From the IMG/VR virus record IMGVR_UViG_3300032285_001177: a DNA stretch of 64,000 nt; one strand, 5' to 3'. Each line of letters opens with the position of its first letter. The stretch's first letter is position 1. Made by a program: the position numbers and the translations under genes. Below are positions 17,245 to 25,260 of the stretch, in pieces. The notes below the pieces were generated by a model. The model searched no databases and was not told the origin of the DNA. It worked only from the letters and a program-made list of their open reading frames with translations. Source of the stretch: a virus.

Positions 17245-18103
17245 CTTTTTTCCATTTTCTATATGAGTCTGTGTTGTCAATGATACTATAATCGTTTAGT
17301 ACCGGATCTGTTCCTACGTTCCACATTAAGATGTTCCTTCCTGTGTTCTTAGGTATATATTTCCAAACCTTAGCATCGTATGTACGTACTGTTGGGAATG
17401 GTGGTAAGTTCTCAAGTTTTTCTGGTGTTGCAAACTCAAGTGGTTCTGATATAAACTCTGCTCGACCTAACTCACCTTCCTGTAAGTTACGAGCTACTGC
17501 AACTGAATGGAACTTAGCATTTGGCCATGCAATCTGTAATGCTCGTGATAGTACACCAGTACTTATAGCTACATAAACTTCATCCGGTTCAGGGATACGA
17601 GATGCTGCATACACGATACCAGCAGTCGCTAGTTCATGCTTCAAACCAAGTGGGATGAAGGCATAACCGTTTTCTTCAGCGTATTTTTTAGCAGCGAGGT
17701 TTAGGTTAGGCATCGCTGCTATCCGTTCAAAGTGTACCTCTGCTCCACGTTCAATACAACACGCCTGATGGTGTGATATCTGCTTGGATGATGGCATAAA
17801 CAACACGATCTTTTTACCATGTATCTTTGCTACATCACACAGAGATACGCCAGCAAGCCCAACTCTTGGTTGTACATAAACTAATGTATCGTTTGGGATC
17901 TTGGCTGCAAGCAGATCACCAGCTCTTGTCTTTGTACCAACGATGAGGTCATCACGTACTACACGAACACCTTCATGCTCAATAACAACTGGATCTGGGT
18001 TATAGGGCGTCCATCCTTCACATAGAGATAGGTAATACTCTTTGGCCTCGGGCCATGTCATCATGCCTACTTCTTTGTTTATACCTTCAACGTATGTTCT
18101 CAT
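17201..18103 (-). CDS. PLP-dependent enzyme, fold type II (tryptophan synthase beta / cysteine synthase superfamily)
   Basis: VRDDLIVGTKTR (PLP lysine) and VAISTGVL phosphate loop. Confidence 0.75.
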   Translation of the reverse strand: MRTYVEGINKEVGMMTWPEAKEYYLSLCEGWTPYNPDPVVIEHEGVRVVRDDLIVGTKTRAGDLLAAKIPNDTLVYVQPRVGLAGVSLCDVAKIHGKKIVLFMPSSKQISHHQACCIERGAEVHFERIAAMPNLNLAAKKYAEENGYAFIPLGLKHELATAGIVYAASRIPEPDEVYVAISTGVLSRALQIAWPNAKFHSVAVARNLQEGELGRAEFISEPLEFATPEKLENLPPFPTVRTYDAKVWKYIPKNTGRNILMWNVGTDPVLNDYSIIDNTDSYRKWKKDESITHTATLASFQ

Positions 18104-18294
18104 GCTCTTCTCTTAAAATACCTTCTCCATAATGCAGATCTAATTATACTTACTGCAGTGAATATCAACGTGATACCCATACTATCCCAAATTGTAGGAT
18201 GTAATCCAAACCATGGGAATATGGTGATCTGTATTAGTAATGATAATATGAACCCGCTACCAACATCAATAAAGCTTTCTATAAAGTGGTTCAT
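18100..18294 (-). CDS. Small two-helix membrane protein
   Basis: Hydrophobic; ends IFTAVSIIRSALWRRYF; ATGA-coupled. Confidence 0.65.
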   Translation of the reverse strand: MNHFIESFIDVGSGFILSLLIQITIFPWFGLHPTIWDSMGITLIFTAVSIIRSALWRRYFKRRA

Positions 18295-19280
18295 TCTTTT
18301 CTCAAGCTAAATGTTTCAGGGAATATCCAATTATATGGTATACGTTTTGTTGGTGACTTAACACCATGACTAATAGCAATATGTTTATAGAAGAAGCAAG
18401 TCTTGTCTTCTATGTTCAACATCTTTTGTGATGTCATTGGGTTGCGTGGATCATCTCTTAGCTGATGCATCTGTGCTAACCATAACTCACCGTTCTTGTT
18501 CTTAGGTATGAACTGACCATCTGGATCAATCTCATATTGTACCTTACCATTGAGGTTTACACCAAAGATCTGATGCATACCATCAAAGTGTCCTGTACCA
18601 CCAAACAATACTGACTCAGGATCTACGATGTCTGGATATGCCATGGCCATGTATCGTGCAGTGTTCTTGCATGGATACAATGGACTACGGAAGTTTTGCT
18701 TCTCTTTGAAATACTTCTCAAGCAGTTTGGCATACTCCATCATCGTGAATGGTCGTTCAAGCCTATTACGATGTGTTTCAAGGAACTTCCACATATCCTC
18801 TGCGGCAGCTTTAGGACCATCGATCAACCAATCTTTAACTAATGTGTTCTTAGGATAGTAGATTTGGAATAGATCGTTACGTGCATGCCTGTGTTCTTTA
18901 AAATGTTCTCTAAGATTCTCTGGACCTTGATACATCAACCGTGTTAGTGTACCCCAATGTTCGTTACTAAATGAAAACGTTAGTGTGTACCATAACCTAA
19001 GCTTAGGATCTGTTACCTTCTGCATGATCTCACAGAACGGATGCTCGTGCCAATGAAGTCTATGTGAAAAGATCTGGTAATCTTCTGCTAATAGTTGGTC
19101 TCGTCTAAGATCAAACTCTTGACAAAACTCAAAGAACTTATCAAGCCTTTGGTCTAGTGTCCAATCCTTCATCCACGACTCTGTCGGTTTACCATCTTTT
19201 AATACAACTGGAGATGTACCTTTGTATGTAATGTTTTTATATTCAATGCCACTGATGAATTGTGCTAAAGTGTTTTGCAT
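18291..19280 (-). CDS. aGPT-Pplase-like (HhH-glycosylase fold) base-modifying transferase, paralog 2
   Basis: DQLL..YQIF, GGTGHFDGMHQIFG and C-terminal NIEDKTCFFYK resemble the family's GxGAxxG and ExxxCE(F)xKY motifs. Confidence 0.5.
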   Translation of the reverse strand: MQNTLAQFISGIEYKNITYKGTSPVVLKDGKPTESWMKDWTLDQRLDKFFEFCQEFDLRRDQLLAEDYQIFSHRLHWHEHPFCEIMQKVTDPKLRLWYTLTFSFSNEHWGTLTRLMYQGPENLREHFKEHRHARNDLFQIYYPKNTLVKDWLIDGPKAAAEDMWKFLETHRNRLERPFTMMEYAKLLEKYFKEKQNFRSPLYPCKNTARYMAMAYPDIVDPESVLFGGTGHFDGMHQIFGVNLNGKVQYEIDPDGQFIPKNKNGELWLAQMHQLRDDPRNPMTSQKMLNIEDKTCFFYKHIAISHGVKSPTKRIPYNWIFPETFSLRKE

Positions 19281-20431
19281 AGTTCCTTATATTGATCTAC
19301 TGTCATATTATGTATCTTCAAGACATAATCGTCTGAAGGATGAGCTGTTAATCTATTGAATGAATCTATTAGTTTAAGATCAAGCATTGCTTTCTGTCTA
19401 CCGAATGGATGATCTAAGATCTTACATGATGAGAATATAACATCACGATCTATATGGTTGTAGTCTGCTCCAGGTCGAACATAGTTTTCTACCCAACGAA
19501 TGAAGTCACAACACACATCTTCTGCATTGTATGGATATGCACCAGTCTCTACATAGATCCGTTCCATAACTTGATCAAGGAATTCTTCTTGCTTCATCTT
19601 ACTTAATGGTTTAGCAAGATACGAGATACACTCTACTGCATTCGTACCGTAGTAGAACGGTGACGTCTTATCAACATATCGCGGATACCAATCTGCAATA
19701 TCTGCAACAACTGCTGCATACTGGAAGTGGTACTGTCTAAGATCATTCTTAACATTCCAATCCAACATGAATGAACCGATCTCTCTTAATGATCGTTGTC
19801 CACCTTGTTCAAGGAACTCTGCAAGATCTCGAGCTAGGCGTGGAGCAAACTCTGATAGGTAGTAGTCTCCTCCTTTTTTATATCTTGATCCAGCTGGTGG
19901 TTTAGGGAATGCAGGGAACTGGTAACCAACAGAAGTATAGAATGAAGATGGATAGTTGTTCACCATCTCGACCATGTCTTCGATGCTATTACATGCATGT
20001 AAACCAAACAGTATGGTATTGTGGTACCCACTAGGTTTTGTACTGTAATTAATCGCAGATCCACATACACGATGTAGGATGAAGATGTACAACCATTCAG
20101 GTAAACCAAAATCTTTTTGTTTTCCTGTCCAGTTCTTGGCTACAGTCTCACGTTGATGTGTAACCTTACCAGCTTTCATCTTTTCCCAATACGGATGATC
20201 TGATGTCCATCCATAAAAGCAGTCGTTAACGATCTGCGAGAATCCTGCGTACTTACGTTCGACTACATCATAAAGCTCAATGTGGTGCATAAGATCATCA
20301 CCAACATTTGAATCTAAATGAGGTACCATCCCGTAAGGAGGGTTGAGAGACACGTTACATTTTTCTTGCTGATCCTTTGCAAGTTTAAAGTATCGAATGT
20401 ACTCATCATAATACTTGGTTGTTTCAATCAT
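19265..20431 (-). CDS. aGPT-Pplase-like (HhH-glycosylase fold) base-modifying transferase, paralog 1
   Basis: YDVVERKYAGFS, FQYAAVVADIA, YGTNAVECI, NAEDVCCDFIRW. Confidence 0.55.
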   Translation of the reverse strand: MIETTKYYDEYIRYFKLAKDQQEKCNVSLNPPYGMVPHLDSNVGDDLMHHIELYDVVERKYAGFSQIVNDCFYGWTSDHPYWEKMKAGKVTHQRETVAKNWTGKQKDFGLPEWLYIFILHRVCGSAINYSTKPSGYHNTILFGLHACNSIEDMVEMVNNYPSSFYTSVGYQFPAFPKPPAGSRYKKGGDYYLSEFAPRLARDLAEFLEQGGQRSLREIGSFMLDWNVKNDLRQYHFQYAAVVADIADWYPRYVDKTSPFYYGTNAVECISYLAKPLSKMKQEEFLDQVMERIYVETGAYPYNAEDVCCDFIRWVENYVRPGADYNHIDRDVIFSSCKILDHPFGRQKAMLDLKLIDSFNRLTAHPSDDYVLKIHNMTVDQYKELCKTL

Positions 20432-20828
20432 TTAAGTAATCTCTTAATCTCTGTAGCATAGCTGCTTCATATTTAGGGTCATTTAAGTTACGGTTACGTG
20501 GAGACGGATGATCGATCTTAAAATATGGGATCTTATACTTCTTACATACACGTTCTACAAACCCACCTAATGCTATGATCTTCTTTCTTCCATGTGTTAC
20601 AGCATACAACTTCCTATACTGTACATCTTTAATGTCATAACTATTAATCTTATCTGGTATCACGTTATGAAATGCAAAGGCATGTACGTCGACAGACTCT
20701 AACCATTTGCTCAGACGTGAGTAAGTACCATTCTTATTTGGTTTTGTATTTGATGATGGACATTGTCCTAAGATCAAGATATCACCAGAAGGCTTATGCC
20801 CTTCAATAAAGTCTGGTACTGATTTCAT
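20424..20828 (-). CDS. Uracil-DNA-glycosylase-superfamily protein
   Basis: Motif A LILGQCP, IIALG, motif B HPSPRN. Confidence 0.75.
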   Translation of the reverse strand: MKSVPDFIEGHKPSGDILILGQCPSSNTKPNKNGTYSRLSKWLESVDVHAFAFHNVIPDKINSYDIKDVQYRKLYAVTHGRKKIIALGGFVERVCKKYKIPYFKIDHPSPRNRNLNDPKYEAAMLQRLRDYLND

Positions 20829-20834
20829 AATATA

Positions 20835-20863
20835 ATTATACCCTATTGGGTATTTAAAGTAAA
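20835..20863 (-). promoter_or_regulatory. Early-type promoter heading the putative modification operon (predicted leaderless)
   Basis: TTTACT-17 bp-TATAAT; ATG 6 nt downstream. Confidence 0.75.
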
Positions 20864-20864
20864 C

Positions 20865-21167
20865 TTATTTAGTTGGTACTGAGCCAGCTGGAGCAACAAC
20901 GATGCCTGAACCGTAGATACGATTGTATTCGTTTAATAGTTCTTGCTTAACATCTGTGATCGCTGCCATTGATGAATGATACACCGCAACTGTACCTTCA
21001 TGATAAGGCATGAACGGTGAGAAACCTACCGATACTGTACCTTCTTTTGTTTGGTGATAGACGAGTGTCACACCATCTTTGATAACTGTAGCACCTTCGC
21101 CTACAGATATGATTGACGCGATGATCTCTTCACCGCTAGTAAACTTGATTAGCTTAATGTCCGCCAT
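20865..21167 (-). CDS. T4-like phage small beta (Sm-like) protein
   Basis: IKLIKFTSGEEIIA...PFMPY...EYNRIYGSGI. Confidence 0.65.
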   Translation of the reverse strand: MADIKLIKFTSGEEIIASIISVGEGATVIKDGVTLVYHQTKEGTVSVGFSPFMPYHEGTVAVYHSSMAAITDVKQELLNEYNRIYGSGIVVAPAGSVPTK

Positions 21168-21378
21168 TTAATTCATCCTTTAAAATAATAAATTCAATAA
21201 AATCTGCTGCTTGTCCTAGATCTGCAAAATGCTTTACAAAGAACTTATCAACATCCATCATATGATTGCCTATCACCATAACAGACATATTTTTAAGTAC
21301 TGAAATCTTCAGTTGAAAGTTACCCTTCCGTAGGAACGGATAAGAAACTAAATCTTTGATCAACTTTTCTTTCATCAT
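21154..21378 (-). CDS. Hypothetical protein
   Basis: Likely start MMKEK after the hairpin and a CATAAATA late-like box. Confidence 0.55.
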   Translation of the reverse strand: MMKEKLIKDLVSYPFLRKGNFQLKISVLKNMSVMVIGNHMMDVDKFFVKHFADLGQAADFIEFIILKDELNGGH

Positions 21379-21386
21379 ATATTTAT

Positions 21387-21408
21387 GAGAGGGGAGATTG
21401 CTCTCCCC
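21387..21408 (-). terminator. Hairpin after hsp20
   Basis: GGGGAGA-GCAA-TCTCCCC; weak U tract. Confidence 0.55.
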
Positions 21409-21415
21409 TACCCTT

Positions 21416-22009
21416 TTAACTATCCATATCGTACTGTTGACCAAAGACGTGATTAGCATCTTTAGCGTGGTCAGTCATTATCTCAGAAGTTCCAGCTGAT
21501 ACTGAATACTTATTATTCAAGTTATCTCTTTCATTTAAGAGTTCTCTAACACGGTCGATACCAGTGGACGGCGTTAAGCTGTCTGTGATCTCGATCTGAC
21601 GAGGCTTCTTAGATTCTGGGATAACATTCTCAAGAGCGATACGTAAGATACCATCCTTAAATTCAGCTCCTTGTACCTCAACGGTTTCAGCAAGCTTGAT
21701 TGCTTTTACGAATGATCTTGTACCGATACCCTTATGGATGTATTGTACGTCGATGTCATCAGCATTCTTTTGGCCTTTGATCTCGAGTAATGCATCTTTG
21801 AGGGTGATAGTTACCTCTTGCTTATTAAACCCAGCGATAGCTAGTTCAACGATGTATTTGTAATCGTCTAGTTTAATAATGTTATGAGGTGGGAAGGATT
21901 GGTTCTGGTTCAACGGAGCCGCAAGTAGATCGTCGATCTCTCTTAGCATGTTTTCAAAACCAATAGTTTGCGGCCAGATAGGGCCAAATGATACGTTTGT
22001 AGTACGCAT
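21416..22009 (-). CDS. Small heat-shock protein (Hsp20/IbpA-like)
   Basis: FPPHNI, ELAIAGF, YIHKGIGTRSF, DGILRIAL, PESKKPRQI. Confidence 0.93.
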   Translation of the reverse strand: MRTTNVSFGPIWPQTIGFENMLREIDDLLAAPLNQNQSFPPHNIIKLDDYKYIVELAIAGFNKQEVTITLKDALLEIKGQKNADDIDVQYIHKGIGTRSFVKAIKLAETVEVQGAEFKDGILRIALENVIPESKKPRQIEITDSLTPSTGIDRVRELLNERDNLNNKYSVSAGTSEIMTDHAKDANHVFGQQYDMDS

Positions 22010-22015
22010 TGCTTT

Positions 22016-22065
22016 CTCCTTAAATTAAGCGAGTTTAATAAAATCCTACCCCCGAAGGCTGTAGG
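22016..22065 (-). promoter_or_regulatory. ROSE-like RNA thermometer in the hsp20 5' UTR
   Basis: CUC(G)CUUA-AUU-UAAGGAG hairpin hides the SD with a bulged G; upstream UUCG-capped hairpin at 22045-22065. Confidence 0.7.
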
Positions 22066-22085
22066 TTGGTAAAAACTTACCGTTA

Positions 22086-22232
22086 TTATTTATCTACTTC
22101 GTCACTTACTTCAGCACTTTTTTCAGGTTCGTATTTACGATCCTGAGGGACTGTACCATAACCCACCATTTTATCCCATTCTTGCTCAGTCAACTTAGTG
22201 ACCTTATCAATGACCTCAGATAGCAACGTCAT
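22086..22232 (-). CDS. 48-aa hypothetical protein
   Basis: MTLLSEVIDKVTKLTEQEW...; not in the ORF track. Confidence 0.45.
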   Translation of the reverse strand: MTLLSEVIDKVTKLTEQEWDKMVGYGTVPQDRKYEPEKSAEVSDEVDK

Positions 22233-22485
22233 CGATGATATCCTTTAATGCTTGGTTAATTGGCTTATAACCATAATAGTTAAGCTTCTCTGCTTTGCGA
22301 TCTAAGAAGTCTCTACGCTTCTCAATATCTCTTGCTCGCCATGCAGCTTCTAAGATCATATGGTATGTGTTACCGCCATATGCTTCAACAGCCTTTGCTA
22401 CATCAATTCTTGGCAGTTCAGCTGCCCTCTTTTTGACTTGTTGCACACCATGCTCCTTCATAATAACGTTCAAGTTTACCTTCAT
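22216..22485 (-). CDS. RNA polymerase omega subunit-like protein
   Basis: PRIDVAKAVEAYGGNTYHMILEAAWRARDI...KPINQALKDI matches the RpoZ conserved regions; start codon uncertain. Confidence 0.6.
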   Translation of the reverse strand: MKVNLNVIMKEHGVQQVKKRAAELPRIDVAKAVEAYGGNTYHMILEAAWRARDIEKRRDFLDRKAEKLNYYGYKPINQALKDIIDDVAI

Positions 22486-22624
22486 GGTTAAGTCTTTGAT
22501 CGCCGTTTTGCGGCTTATCAGTAATCTTAACCGACCAATCAATAGCATCGAACCCTTTATCAAAAGCTTTTGAAGCTCCCTTAGAGATTATGCTATCTCC
22601 AGTAATATCATTCTTTGCTGCCAT
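22418..22624 (-). CDS. Small phage protein (KNDITGD motif)
   Basis: MAAKNDITGDSIISK...FDAIDW. Confidence 0.6.
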   Translation of the reverse strand: MAAKNDITGDSIISKGASKAFDKGFDAIDWSVKITDKPQNGDQRLNHEGKLERYYEGAWCATSQKEGS

Positions 22625-22793
22625 TTAAACCCCATTTAATCTTAAGCCATGCTCTTTCATGGATATAATACCAAATTAATAACACTAAATGTATTTCAAT
22701 CGATGCCGTTAATCCTATCCACAGAGCTGTTATTAGGATAGACACTACACGATAGATTATGGACTTAAGTAAAGTCCTTGCATGTGTATCCAT
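22608..22793 (-). CDS. DUF2061-like small membrane protein
   Basis: DTHARTLLKSIIYR...YYIHERAW. Confidence 0.7.
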   Translation of the reverse strand: MDTHARTLLKSIIYRVVSILITALWIGLTASIEIHLVLLIWYYIHERAWLKIKWGLNGSKE

Positions 22794-22858
22794 TACTTAG
22801 GCAGTTTGTCTTTTTTTGGACGGCCTTTAGATTCTTTTTTCTTATCGCGGTTACCCAT
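22793..22858 (-). CDS. 21-aa lysine-rich peptide
   Basis: MGNRDKKKESKGRPKKDKLPK; AAGGAG SD; stop overlaps the next ATG. Confidence 0.55.
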   Translation of the reverse strand: MGNRDKKKESKGRPKKDKLPK

Positions 22859-22868
22859 TATCTTCTCC

Positions 22869-23126
22869 TTAATATAATTTTTTAGGCATCTGAGTAGATG
22901 CTAATTTTTTCAACCAACGCTTACGGGCTTGGCCCTTAGCTTTCTTACGACCTACACACGGCTTCTCATACTCCATGCGATCCTTTATTTCCTCTAGTAA
23001 ACCAGAGTCTTGAATTTTCTTTTTAAACTTCCTAAAAGCTTTCTCAAATTGACCATCAGGTACATCTACAGCCAGACCGAGTCTCTCTTCAACTTTTGGT
23101 TTGAATCTTTTCTTAAACTCAGCCAT
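22869..23126 (-). CDS. rpsU: Ribosomal protein bS21
   Basis: FEKAFRKFKKKIQDSGLLEEIKDRMEYEKP. Confidence 0.88.
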   Translation of the reverse strand: MAEFKKRFKPKVEERLGLAVDVPDGQFEKAFRKFKKKIQDSGLLEEIKDRMEYEKPCVGRKKAKGQARKRWLKKLASTQMPKKLY

Positions 23127-23461
23127 TAGTAACAGGTTCTCGTACGTGTCACATTACCATACTGATCGATCGTTTCAACCCATGCTGTACAGTTTTGTTG
23201 GTACTGAGGTTGTTGATAGATAACTTGTGGTTGTTGATAGATCACTGTTGGTGCAGGTTGTACATAACGAGGCTGAGCAATAGCATAACCTACGATACCA
23301 CCTAAAATAGCAGGACCTACAAAGTCATAATGACTATGATTGTAGTATCCACCACCGCCATGATGTCCACCGTAGTATCCACCATGACCGCCCCAATGAC
23401 CATCGGCAAATGCTGATGTTGCTGTCAATGATAATGCTAAAATTGCTATAAGTTTTTTCAT
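23126..23461 (-). CDS. Secreted Gly/His- and Gln/Pro-rich protein
   Basis: Signal peptide MKKLIAILALSLTATSAFA; AGGAG SD. Confidence 0.7.
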   Translation of the reverse strand: MKKLIAILALSLTATSAFADGHWGGHGGYYGGHHGGGGYYNHSHYDFVGPAILGGIVGYAIAQPRYVQPAPTVIYQQPQVIYQQPQYQQNCTAWVETIDQYGNVTRTRTCY

Positions 23462-23484
23462 AATACTTCTCCTATTCTGAGACC

Positions 23485-23513
23485 ATTGTATCATATTTAT
23501 TATTTAATGTACA
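23485..23513 (-). promoter_or_regulatory. Early-type promoter
   Basis: TGTACA-17 bp-TACAAT. Confidence 0.75.
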
Positions 23514-23527
23514 TAGCCCCTGGAAAT

Positions 23528-23552
23528 AAAAAAGGGACCCTGGGGCCCCTTT
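23528..23552 (-). terminator. Rho-independent terminator after pqqA
   Basis: AAAGGGGCCC-CA-GGGTCCCTTTTTT. Confidence 0.75.
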
Positions 23553-23568
23553 GTGTACCATGAAACAA

Positions 23569-23640
23569 TTACTTGTTCATTACGTACATTGTGACTTCGA
23601 AACCGAAACGCATTTCAGTAGCAGCTGGTTTTGTCCACAT
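23569..23640 (-). CDS. pqqA: Coenzyme PQQ precursor peptide PqqA
   Basis: [23 protein letters not shown] with the ExxxY motif; TAAGGAG SD; own terminator; not in the ORF track. Confidence 0.93.
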   Translation of the reverse strand: MWTKPAATEMRFGFEVTMYVMNK

Positions 23641-23742
23641 GGTAGTTCTCCTTAAAAGGTGTAGATTATTCTACATAACTATCTATATGATACTTTTAAA
23701 ACGGGGCTAGTTAAAAGTATTAAAAACCAGTAGTCAATTCTA

Positions 23743-24174
23743 TTATTCTTTTGGCGCTCTCTTGATGCCACCAATATTATACTTAGGCACTAACTCCCAC
23801 TCAGCCTTCTCTTTGAAGGACACAACCTTAATTTGAGATAAGGAAGCTTTTGGTTCTGCCTTTGCTTTATCAAGGATCTTTAATAATCCCCAATCTTGAA
23901 GCAATTCAGCAATAACATTACGTCTCTCAATGTCAGACATGGAGATATCAGACTCTTTACCATCAAGGGCGAAGAGCTCTTTGAAATGTACAATGAAGTA
24001 CTTTCCTTGTTTATGTAGGATGTGGCATGATTGGAATAGCTTCTTGTCTTTACGAGATGCTATGCCGATACGGGTTAGTGTTTCGCGGACTTTCAAGAAG
24101 TTATCAGGTTCTATCAAGTCAACTTCCAACATCGCGTCGGGTGTCCAGTCATAATATACCATTGCAATCGTCAT
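23743..24174 (-). CDS. regA: Translational repressor RegA
   Basis: FLKVRETLTRIGIAS, QSCHILHKQGKYFIVHFKELF. Confidence 0.95.
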   Translation of the reverse strand: MTIAMVYYDWTPDAMLEVDLIEPDNFLKVRETLTRIGIASRKDKKLFQSCHILHKQGKYFIVHFKELFALDGKESDISMSDIERRNVIAELLQDWGLLKILDKAKAEPKASLSQIKVVSFKEKAEWELVPKYNIGGIKRAPKE

Positions 24175-24203
24175 TTTAAACTCACTTAGTTAATTACATT
24201 ATA

Positions 24204-24211
24204 TATTTATA
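24204..24211 (-). promoter_or_regulatory. Late promoter upstream of regA
   Basis: TATAAATA. Confidence 0.65.
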
Positions 24212-24217
24212 AGACTT

Positions 24218-24598
24218 TTAATTTCGGCCTCCCGCCTCGTATGACAGGCGGAGCTCTTCTAGTTGCATAGGTGTAAACAGGTCTAGTACTTCATAAGCTT
24301 TCTTTTCAGAGTACTTATAATGCTTCATGACCAGCTTGAGTTGGTCTGTGGTAGCATCCTTCTTAAACCACTTGGAAAACCGTTTCTTTTTGGGGATTGA
24401 GTTCTTGAGGAAATCAAACTGCCACTTGGATGGGATCTGTACAGACTTGTTCATCTCGTTGGCATACAATACTGTATCAGGGAAGAATGATAACCCACGA
24501 TTGACCATAAAAGGAGGATAGTCCTTCTCAGCCTGCGGATCCAAGAATAGATCCTTCTTGTTATCATTGATGGCATTAAGAAAATCAAATGGTGTCAC
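24218..24598 (-). CDS. 62: Clamp loader small subunit (gp62)
   Basis: PFDFLNAIN, YPPFMVNRGLS, KKRFSKW; GTG start. Confidence 0.9.
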   Translation of the reverse strand: MTPFDFLNAINDNKKDLFLDPQAEKDYPPFMVNRGLSFFPDTVLYANEMNKSVQIPSKWQFDFLKNSIPKKKRFSKWFKKDATTDQLKLVMKHYKYSEKKAYEVLDLFTPMQLEELRLSYEAGGRN

Positions 24599-24758
24599 GT
24601 TGCACCCATCTTTCTGCAATTGCCTCAGCCTCATCTTCGGTAAGAGCTATCTCGTCCTTAATATATTCGCCGTGTTCATATAACATGGTAACCCATTGGC
24701 CTTGTTGACGACATACGTTTGCAGACCGATTACCTTCCATAAATTCACTTAATATCAT
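24585..24758 (-). CDS. Small hypothetical protein
   Basis: MILSEFMEGNRSANV...AEAIAERWV; ATGA coupling. Confidence 0.5.
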   Translation of the reverse strand: MILSEFMEGNRSANVCRQQGQWVTMLYEHGEYIKDEIALTEDEAEAIAERWVQRDTI

Positions 24759-25051
24759 TTTAATCCTAACTCTTCAAGGTTTGCTGGACTGGCCATGAAT
24801 GCTTTGTCTGGCCATCTAGTGTGTAGTTGATCTATAAGATCTTGCTTAGTATCACCGTGTACTAAGAAAGAATGGTCTTCTCTTTTATACACGTAAAATC
24901 TTTCCTTCAACTTAATTATATCTATCTCAACTTTATTGGTTATAACTGGTGTTTCAGCAATACTTTTTAGTATACGTCGCATCTTAAATACTATCAGTGC
25001 TCTAATGATTATAAAACCTGCTAGTACACCTACTAAAAAAGATACGATCAT
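24755..25051 (-). CDS. Membrane-anchored hypothetical protein
   Basis: N-terminal transmembrane helix. Confidence 0.6.
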   Translation of the reverse strand: MIVSFLVGVLAGFIIIRALIVFKMRRILKSIAETPVITNKVEIDIIKLKERFYVYKREDHSFLVHGDTKQDLIDQLHTRWPDKAFMASPANLEELGLK

Positions 25052-25260
25052 GTTTTCCCTTCGAATGGCGGCGTGCCACCGTTTTTGATGTACTCGTCAT
25101 AAGTACGCATCTTAACATTATGGATAGCTATTGCTGTTTCACGAATATTATCCATCTTGTCACCAGCTGGATTTGACTGTACAAAGCCACGTTCGATTAG
25201 GTATGTAGCTTTATCCCAATCATCAAAGTCATACTCACGATTCTTTACTTCATCTTGCAT
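25048..25260 (-). CDS. Hypothetical protein
   Basis: GGAGGT SD; overlaps neighbours. Confidence 0.55.
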   Translation of the reverse strand: MQDEVKNREYDFDDWDKATYLIERGFVQSNPAGDKMDNIRETAIAIHNVKMRTYDEYIKNGGTPPFEGKT

